Below are positions 18,011 through 26,000 of a stretch of 64,000 nucleotides of DNA, one piece after another (the first letter of the stretch is position 1; every line of letters begins with the position of its first letter). Both the position numbers and the translations under genes were made by a program. Under the pieces are notes generated by a model. It saw only the letters and a program-made list of their open reading frames with translations. It did not search any database and was not told where the DNA came from. Source of the stretch: Chloroflexota bacterium (GTDB lineage Bacteria > Chloroflexota > UBA11872 > UBA12225); assembly GCA_947446285.1 (NCBI GenBank), contig CANFGH010000004.1, positions 12,926 to 76,925 of the forward strand, in the 5' to 3' direction.

Positions 18011-19030
18011 TTAGCGGGGCGCGAGCGAGAAGCGGACCGTCGCGTCCCAGACCTGCCCGGGTTCTAGGATCACCAACCCCGCATCAACCCCCTCGATGTG
18101 GAGATTGACGGCGTTTGTCGTTCCGGAATACGGTTCGAGGCACACCACCGGACGGAACGGGGGAGCGAAGATCACCCATTCACGAAACTCGGGGCTCGCC
18201 TCTACCAGAAGTCGCAAGCCGGAATCCGGATAGATCACACCTGCCTCTGTCCAGCCGTCGGCACGGCGCTCGACATCGGTATACACGTGATCAAGCTCAC
18301 GGGTGGCAATTTCCGGCCAGCCCCGGAGGTCTAGTTCATTGCCCTGGACCGGTATGCGCGTTCCCGTCGGGACGAGATTGTCAAGTTCCCAGATTGAGGC
18401 ACCTGGCACACACACCTGCGTGGCCTCGCGAGGCGATGGTCCCATCGTGACCGGGAACCATGGGTGAATGCCATAGCCCATCGGCATCGCACCAGTTCCG
18501 TGATTGGTGACGATCGTGCGCTGCGTCAGATGGGCTCCGTGCAGCGACGTAGTTATTGAGATCACCGCAGCAAACGGGTATTGCCGTTGGACATCCGCGT
18601 CCGCCCGGAGATCGAACGTCGAGATCTGCCAAGCACCGCGCATTTCATCGACGCCCACACCATCGACCCTCCACGGTCGCCGGTTCACGAGCCCATGGAT
18701 GTGGTTGCCACGCGCAGTCTCATTGACATCCAACTGATGCTTGACGCCTCCAAAGGTGTATGTGCCACCTTTGACCCGGTTTGGGAATGGAAAAAGGATC
18801 GGGTTTCCATATGAATACCCACTATTTGCCTCGTCCGGCGGAACAAGCACGTCTATGAGCTGGTCACCGCCCGCGACATGCACCTGAAACCGTGCCACGT
18901 TGTTGCCTTCGGCCACGCGGATCACTGCCCGTGCCCCGGTGGAATCAGTCAGCGTGACCACGTCGCCGGAATGTGTCGCCGAATACCCTGTACCGACGGT
19001 CTCGTGAGTTTGCATCACATGTCCCTTCAT
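18011..19030 (-). CDS. Aldose 1-epimerase (galactose mutarotase)-family protein
   Basis: Motifs include GNPILFPFPNRV, HG and GYGIHPWF. The protein is 339 aa. Confidence 0.8.
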   Translation of the reverse strand: MKGHVMQTHETVGTGYSATHSGDVVTLTDSTGARAVIRVAEGNNVARFQVHVAGGDQLIDVLVPPDEANSGYSYGNPILFPFPNRVKGGTYTFGGVKHQLDVNETARGNHIHGLVNRRPWRVDGVGVDEMRGAWQISTFDLRADADVQRQYPFAAVISITTSLHGAHLTQRTIVTNHGTGAMPMGYGIHPWFPVTMGPSPREATQVCVPGASIWELDNLVPTGTRIPVQGNELDLRGWPEIATRELDHVYTDVERRADGWTEAGVIYPDSGLRLLVEASPEFREWVIFAPPFRPVVCLEPYSGTTNAVNLHIEGVDAGLVILEPGQVWDATVRFSLAPR

Positions 19031-19071
19031 CTTCGCCAGTGCCGCGGAAGCCGCCCTCTAGTGGCAACGGC

Positions 19072-20166
19072 TCAAAGAGAAATAACCTGGTTTGTGCGCG
19101 CTGACTCCGCCGCAGCTTCGAGTAGCAGGATTGATCGAAGCACCGATGGCGCCGTGACCATCAATTCCTCACGACCCAAAATCGCTCCCGCGACATTTTG
19201 GTAGTAGGCGAGGTAGTTGCCCTCAAGCCCGTCGAGTGCAACGTCCTCGAGCACGCCCTCAACCTCTCGAACAAGTCGTGGTGCATGCTCGGGAAGCATC
19301 TTCCGAGGCCCCACCTCACCCCGGTGCAGAGCCTGTTCCTGTGCGTCGCGCCCGTACTGGACATACGCGCCCGCAGACCCACGAATGAGCCACCGGGGCT
19401 TCGGAACCGCCGAGATGTTCCCCACCTCGACGACGAACCTGACCCCATCACGGCCTGTCCCATCTCCCGCACCAAAGACAAGGGTCGCGGTTCCCGCGGT
19501 CTCCACGTCCCAGTCACGTCGATACTGGAAGTCTGCAACCACGCGCTTCGGCGACCCGCCACACAGTTGAACCGCCTGATCAAGCAGGTGCGCGCCCCAA
19601 TCACGGAACGGCCCACCGCCGAACTCCGCGTACGTCCGCCATCCGCGGGGACGATCACCTGCCGGCAAGCGATAGCCAGGCGTCAACCCAAACCCGGTCA
19701 CCGACGACTCGATCACGAACGGTTCGCCAAGCAGCCCACGGGTGATCACGTCTTGCACAGTCAGGAAATCCGCGTCCCACCTTCGGTTCTGAAACACACT
19801 CAAGAGGACCCCGTTCGTGTCCGCCGCCGCGATCATCGCCTCGCCTTCCAAGACATTCATGCACATGATTTTGTCAACAACGACATGCTTGCCCATTTGG
19901 GCAGCTTCGATGCACAAGGAGGCGTGGGTGTCGTGAGGCGTGGCAATTACCACGAGGTCGACATCGGCATTTGCGAACAGTTCCGACGCAGACGAGTGGA
20001 TGGTCGCTTCCGGGTGATCCGACACCGCTTGCGCGCGACGGCCTTCGTTGCGGACCGTGATTGCGCGAACGGCGAACTCTTCGACGTTGCGTATCAGGGT
20101 CGAGTGAAAGACTCGACCGGCCAATCCATACCCGACAATCCCGACACCGATAGGGCGTTGTTTCAT
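19072..20166 (-). CDS. Gfo/Idh/MocA-family oxidoreductase
   Basis: N-terminal Rossmann motif IGVGIVGYGLAGRVFH and the motif EKIM/DKIM in a 364-aa protein. Confidence 0.9.
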   Translation of the reverse strand: MKQRPIGVGIVGYGLAGRVFHSTLIRNVEEFAVRAITVRNEGRRAQAVSDHPEATIHSSASELFANADVDLVVIATPHDTHASLCIEAAQMGKHVVVDKIMCMNVLEGEAMIAAADTNGVLLSVFQNRRWDADFLTVQDVITRGLLGEPFVIESSVTGFGLTPGYRLPAGDRPRGWRTYAEFGGGPFRDWGAHLLDQAVQLCGGSPKRVVADFQYRRDWDVETAGTATLVFGAGDGTGRDGVRFVVEVGNISAVPKPRWLIRGSAGAYVQYGRDAQEQALHRGEVGPRKMLPEHAPRLVREVEGVLEDVALDGLEGNYLAYYQNVAGAILGREELMVTAPSVLRSILLLEAAAESARTNQVISL

Positions 20167-20405
20167 TGAGGCTTCAACCGGATCTATTCGACGGCAAGGT
20201 CAACGGACGGGATCGTATCACGCACCCTCGTGCCATCTGTGGCGCGCCCGCCCGAATTCCGGGAAGACCGTCGCACCAAGTCTTGGCCGATTACTCGGGC
20301 GCACCCGCACACGCGCTATACTGCCGCTCATCCCTTGCGCGTTCAGGGTGCGATCTGACCGTTTCCGCAAGTTGAACGCACGATCACAGAGGATCACTAC
20401 GAACC

Positions 20406-21077
20406 ATGAGCGAATACCGACCCTACCCCACTGAGGATCTCCCTCCCGAAGACCCCGATGCCGAGGTCAGTGGCGAACATGAAGAGGTCGACGACTTGTC
20501 CGAATCTGGTGGTGAAGGTCGTCCTGCACGTCCGGCACCGAACACCGAACATCCCGGCGGACATCTGCAAGGGACTGTTGCACGACTGAACCGCCCGCGC
20601 CGGTTCGGTTTCCTCCGGGTTTCCGAGGGTGTTGAGGTCTTTTTCCATGCCTCAGCGATTGACAGCGGCCCACAAGCCTTCGACGCCCTGAGAACGGGCC
20701 AGGAAGTGGAGTTCCAGTGCCATCAGGACGATGGCGGCCGAGGATTGGCTGCGAGTGTCGTGACGGTCACCGGCGCACCTCCGGAAGCACCAGTAAGGGC
20801 ACCTCGCCCACCGCGTGCAGAGCGACCGGAACGTCCGGAGCGGGCAGAGCGCCCGGAGCGTCCCGAACGTCAGGCAGCCCCACGACCAGTCCGCGCATCG
20901 TCGCAGACCGGTTGGCATGTCGCGGTCCTTCGTGACCGATATGACATGGCGGTGCCAGCACAGCTTGAGAGGCTCCTTAACGAGCGTCACATCCGGCCGG
21001 GCAACTTCACGCTTGCGGTGAAGGAAGCGTCAGATGGAACCGCTGAGTGCTGGGTGGTCTACCACCTCGGCGACTAG
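20406..21077 (+). CDS. Cold-shock-domain-like protein with an (ERP)n linker and an uncharacterised C-terminal domain
   Basis: The segment GTVARLNRPRRFGFLRVSEGVEVFFHASAI..GQEVEF is CSD-like. It is followed by ERPERPERAERPERPER. Confidence 0.6.
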   Translation: MSEYRPYPTEDLPPEDPDAEVSGEHEEVDDLSESGGEGRPARPAPNTEHPGGHLQGTVARLNRPRRFGFLRVSEGVEVFFHASAIDSGPQAFDALRTGQEVEFQCHQDDGGRGLAASVVTVTGAPPEAPVRAPRPPRAERPERPERAERPERPERQAAPRPVRASSQTGWHVAVLRDRYDMAVPAQLERLLNERHIRPGNFTLAVKEASDGTAECWVVYHLGD

Positions 21078-21110
21078 CCATCCCCTTGCGAACGTCGTGA
21101 ACATGCTTTT

Positions 21111-21147
21111 GGAGGCCTCCCGCTACAGGGTCCGGCCTCCTTTTTTT
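21111..21147 (+). terminator. Rho-independent terminator
   Basis: The stem GGAGGCC...GGCCTCC is followed by TTTTTTT, just after the stop at 21077. Confidence 0.6.
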
Positions 21148-21170
21148 GGCCCGTTATAACCGAGCTGGCT

Positions 21171-21839
21171 TCACGCGTGTTGGGCAACGCCACGAATGGC
21201 GTTGTCCTGCTGCTCCCACTCGCGTGAAACCACCGTGAACTCTTCGGGAGTGAGGCTCCAGACCTGAACATCGGTGAGCGCTCCAATCGGTGACCGACCG
21301 AAATGGCGCAACGTCCCATCCAAGTGGAAACCGCATCGCTCGGCAACCCGCGCACTTCTCCAGTTCCGGACGTCACACCTGATTTCGATCCGGGCTACCC
21401 GGAACGTTTCCAGGCACACCCTTGAAACGGCCCGGACCGTCTCCTGCATGATGCCGTGGCCAGCGGAGTCATCGGCAAGCCAGTAGCCCAGTTCAACCCT
21501 TGGAACCGACCAATTGATCGACTGCAAACCAACCCCACCAAGCAACATCCCCTGATGATTGGTGATCACCAAGGACAACATGTCCTCGTGAATCTGCCAA
21601 CGATGCAGGGCCTGCACGATGAATTGCCGTGTGTTCGCTTGGTCGAGATGACCCGTCTCGGCCCACGGCAAAAACTCTTTCAAAGTGCCTCGAGAACCGT
21701 TGATCGCATCAAACAGCGCGTCTACATCCCCGATCGCATACGGCCTGATGACGAGCCGCGGGGTCTCAAGCCGTTCCGGGAAGCGGATCCGACGGTCAGT
21801 CAAGGTGGAAAACTTCCTCAAGTGGAAGCATCGCCTCAT
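21171..21839 (-). CDS. GNAT N-acetyltransferase (RimJ/RimL-like)
   Basis: Motifs include LETPRLVIRPY, IELGYWL and RSARVAERCGF. The track ORF (to 22070) is over-extended through rhaM. The exact start is uncertain (ATG at 21839 or a nearby TTG). Confidence 0.8.
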   Translation of the reverse strand: MRRCFHLRKFSTLTDRRIRFPERLETPRLVIRPYAIGDVDALFDAINGSRGTLKEFLPWAETGHLDQANTRQFIVQALHRWQIHEDMLSLVITNHQGMLLGGVGLQSINWSVPRVELGYWLADDSAGHGIMQETVRAVSRVCLETFRVARIEIRCDVRNWRSARVAERCGFHLDGTLRHFGRSPIGALTDVQVWSLTPEEFTVVSREWEQQDNAIRGVAQHA

Positions 21840-22113
21840 CGGGCCGTCCCGTGATGCTTTCGAAGAACGGAGCCATGTCGGCCTGCCACCGCGCGTTGAC
21901 TTCGCGGTTTGCCATTCCGGCCCGAGCGGCCTCGAAATCTGGCGTCTCGAGATATCCAAAAAGCATGCCGTCGGGACGCATAAAGATCGAATAGTTGTGC
22001 CACCCGGTCTCACGAAGTGCCTGCAGCATGTCGGGCCACACTTCAGCGTGGCGAATCTTGTACTCCTCAAGTCGATCCTGGCGGACTTTCAATATGAACG
22101 CAACTCGTTGCAT
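21796..22113 (-). CDS. rhaM: L-rhamnose mutarotase
   Basis: The protein begins MQRVAFILKVRQDRLEEYKIRHAEVWPDMLQALRETGWHNYSIF. A strong AAGGAGG Shine-Dalgarno sequence precedes the ATG at 22113. Confidence 0.9.
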   Translation of the reverse strand: MQRVAFILKVRQDRLEEYKIRHAEVWPDMLQALRETGWHNYSIFMRPDGMLFGYLETPDFEAARAGMANREVNARWQADMAPFFESITGRPDEAMLPLEEVFHLD

Positions 22114-22324
22114 TGCACAGCCTCCTTCGGAACGTCGCGCCTGAACACGACCACGGGACAGATGCGGATGAAACGTCCGCGACGCCCGCGAGGCAACAAG
22201 TCGCGTCAACCACATCCCGGAAACAATTTGTGCGATTTGCGGGATGTCCGTTACAGGCACGTTCCGTTCCTGCGCGACGCCCTTGACCCTTCCGCCAAAT
22301 ACCCTTTAGTGTTGCAAAAGAGTT

Positions 22325-22924
22325 ATGGGCCAAAAGGAAACCGGCGGCGCGGTGCTCGCCAAAAACGACGCCCCTACTGAACGGATTGCCGTTGCCGTCC
22401 CACGAGCCCTCGTGATCGACTATCTCAAGATCTTTGATGAACTTGAACGGGCAACGCACGCACAGCGCCAGTTCCACCATTCAGAGGCTTCGCGCCTCTC
22501 GCAGACACTGCTGAAGCAGCCCTTTCCAGAGCGACGGTTGGTGTCTCCAGCGCAGGTGCAACTTGTCATTGACCTGTCGGAACGGGGCCCGGGAACGATC
22601 GGAGAACTTGCGACCCGCCTGAAAGTAACACCATCTGCAATCAGCCTACTGGTTGACCGGATTGAGTCGCACGGGATAGTCGAGCGGGTACGGAGCACAC
22701 TTGACCGTCGGGTAGTGCAAGTACGTCTCACCGATGTCGCCACGCAGATCTCCGCCATCATGCTCCGTGTGGCGCGCGCTCAAATCGAAGAGTTCCTTGA
22801 GGCAACCCCTGCGGATGAGCGGGAGCCCTTCCTTAGAAACCTCACCCGGTTCGTGAAGACAATCGAACGGGTCGAGGATTTCATCCCCGATACACCACGA
22901 GTCACGACACCGGAGGCCACATGA
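22325..22924 (+). CDS. MarR-family transcriptional regulator
   Basis: Winged-helix region TIGELATRLKVTPSAISLLVDRIESHGIVERVRSTLDRRVVQVRLT. The gene lies directly upstream of the RND gene. Confidence 0.85.
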   Translation: MGQKETGGAVLAKNDAPTERIAVAVPRALVIDYLKIFDELERATHAQRQFHHSEASRLSQTLLKQPFPERRLVSPAQVQLVIDLSERGPGTIGELATRLKVTPSAISLLVDRIESHGIVERVRSTLDRRVVQVRLTDVATQISAIMLRVARAQIEEFLEATPADEREPFLRNLTRFVKTIERVEDFIPDTPRVTTPEAT

Positions 22925-23000
22925 GACGTGGCCCACCAGTCCAACCAACAAGGCTCCAGTCACGCACCATGAATTGCACACCGAAGGACGACCGTTCACA

Positions 23001-26000
23001 ATGACCAGCAAGACCACTCCAAACCAGCCAGCAAGTCACGAAGTTGAAAGTGCGCTGAATGACCCTTCCGGTGGCATTGGTGGCATCACCGCGCTGTCGA
23101 TCCGCAGGCCACTCTTGATGCTCATGGTCATCCTCTCGGTGATGATCTTTGGACTGATCGCCTACGGACGCCTAGGCGTTGACTTGTTTCCATCGGTGAA
23201 TTTCCCGGTGGTCAGTGTCAGCATCCCATATCCGGGTGCGAGCCCCGAGGTCGTTGAATCCCTTGTGACTCGACCGGTCGAGGACGCGGTGTCCGGCCTC
23301 GCAGACCTTGACACGATCAATTCGACGTCGTCAGAAGGCGTGGCGGTCGTGATCGTCACCTTCAAGGACAAGGCAGACCCTCAGACGGTCGCCATTGAGG
23401 TGGAAAAGCGGGTCAACGGAATTCGTGGCCAGCTACCCAATGACATCATTGCCCCCACAATCCTCAAATTCGACTTCACTGCCGCCCCCATCATCACTCT
23501 CGGACTGACGGGCGCCAACGTCACTCCTGCGCAGGCTTTCCGGATTGCAGATGAATTGGTGCGTCCGAAGCTGGAGACCACAAACGGTGTTGGTCAGGTC
23601 TCTATCTTTGGAGGCCAGCAGCGGGAAGTTCAGGTCAAGGTTGATCCAAATCGCCTTCGTGCCTACAACCTGACCCTCGCTCAGGTCTCCCAGGCACTTG
23701 GATCAGAAAACATCGACGCACCCGGTGGTCGCGTCGACGACGGCTCCCGGAACCTCAACATCCGCCTCGATGCAAGATTCCGCTCGGTCGATCAGATCAG
23801 GGATACGGTCGTACAGGCTTTGCCTACAGGCGGCACCATCCGGGTGCGTGACCTTGCTGAGGTGATCGACGGATACAAGGAACAGACCTTCCTGGCCCGC
23901 GTCAATGGGAGCCCCGGCGTCGGTATTTCCGTCTCAAAGCAATCGTCCTCAAACGTGACCCAAACAGCCGCCAACGTGCGGGCAACCCTGGCAAAAATAC
24001 GGACGACCCTCCCTGAGGGCGTCCAACTCATCGGTATTCAGGACCAGTCCGAATTCATCCAGACTTCCCTGGCTGGTGTTCAGCGAACCCTGCTGGAAGC
24101 GAACATCCTTACCGGTCTTGTCCTCCTTGCATTTCTTCATTCGTGGAGGAGCACACTGATCGTCCTGTTGGCGATCCCGACCTCGCTCATCGCCACGTTC
24201 GCCTTCATGTATTTGCAGGGGTTTACATTAAACTTCCTGACAACTCTTGCCTTGACGCTCACGGTCGGCATCCTCGTCGACGACAGTATCGTCGTGCTGG
24301 AAAACATCTTCCAGTTCCTCAAGCGCGGTGACTCCCCTCGAGTTGCCGCCGTACGGGGTCGCGCGGAAATTGGTCTCGCGGCCATCGCGATCACCTTGGT
24401 GGACGTCGTCGTCTTCGCTCCGGTAGGCCTTCTTTCGGGCCAGATCGGGCAGTTCTTCCGTCAGTTCGGGTTCACCGTTGTCGCCGCGACCCTCGCATCG
24501 CTCGCGGTCAGTTTCACACTCACTCCCTTGCTTGCGTCCCGCTGGCTTACATCGGAAGACGAACACGGAACCGGACCGCTCGCAATCTTCGGTCGCTGGT
24601 GGGACCGAGGCTTCGATCGACTCGAAGATCGGTACCGCGGGATCCTTCGCTGGTCACTCAGCCACCGTTGGGTCATCATGTTGGTGGCTGTCCTGTCATT
24701 TGCCGGGAGCATTGCCCTGCCGGCTGCAGGTCTGGTGAAGACCAGCTTCTTCCCGAACCAGGATCAGGGCACGTTCAATATCATTCTCGAACTCCCCCCG
24801 GGATCCACCCTTGACGCTACCGCGTCTGCGGTTGCTCAAATGGAAGCAGGGATCACCAAACTTCCCGAGTTCAAGGCCATCTATTCGGTCATCGGCCAAG
24901 GGGAAGGCGGAACGTCCCGCCAGTCTCGATTTGCAAATCTCCAAGTCATCCTCGTCGGGAAGCGCGAACGCACCAAATCAGTCGAACAGCTGGCACGGGA
25001 AGTCAAGGCTTTCGGTGAAGGTTTCCCCGGCCTGAAGGTTCGCGCAGGTGTTCCAGGGCCTGGAGGAGGCGCCGCGCAGCCGGTTAGCCTTCGTGTGTAT
25101 GGCGACGATCTCAAGGTCCTCAACGATCTGGCCGATAAGATCATCGGCAAGTTCCGCGAGACTGGTGGTCTCGTCGACATCACCAACAGCGGTCAAGCGG
25201 GTGCCCCGGAATACGTTGTCACGCTTGACCGGGCAAAGGCCGCTGATCTCGGTCTGTCCGCTGGCCAAGTGGCCCAGACGCTGAGGACCGCGTACGCCGG
25301 TTCTGTGGCCACAACCCTGCGTCGCGACCAGACTTCCGGAACCGCGAGTGGAGTTGACGTTCGTGTCCAGCTGACGGACGACACTCGAAAGGACATCACC
25401 CTTCTCCAGCAGGTGCCCCTCATTAGCCCTGCAAAGGGTGGCCAAGTTTACCTCGGCCAAATTGCGACCGTCGTTCCAGCTGCCGGTCCATCGCAGATCC
25501 AGCGCACCGACCGGCAGCGCGCGCTCACGATCGGTGCCAACCTCGGTGCAGGCCTGATCCTGAGTGATGTGACGAAACGGGTCAATGAAGCAATCGCTTC
25601 CGTTGAAGTTCCAGCAGGCTACCGGATCAAGATCGGCGGACAGGCTGACCAGCAGAACAACACGTTTACTGAATTCGGCAACGCGCTTCTCCTCTCGATC
25701 GCCCTTGTCTACATCCTCCTTGTAGCCCTCTACGAGTCTCTCCTCTATCCGCTGATCGTCATCGCGGCGCTGCCACTTGCCCTTGTCGGGGCAATGGGAG
25801 GGCTGGCCCTCGGACAAGAGACCCTGAATACCTTTTCGCTTATCGGGATCATCGCCCTCGTCGGCCTCGTTGGCAAGAACTCGATCCTTGTGATCGACTA
25901 CACCAACACTCTCCGGCGGGAGCAAGGGATGGGTAGATTTGACGCGCTCATGGAAGCGGGGCCACGACGGCTTCGTCCGATCCTCATGACCTCATCAGCA

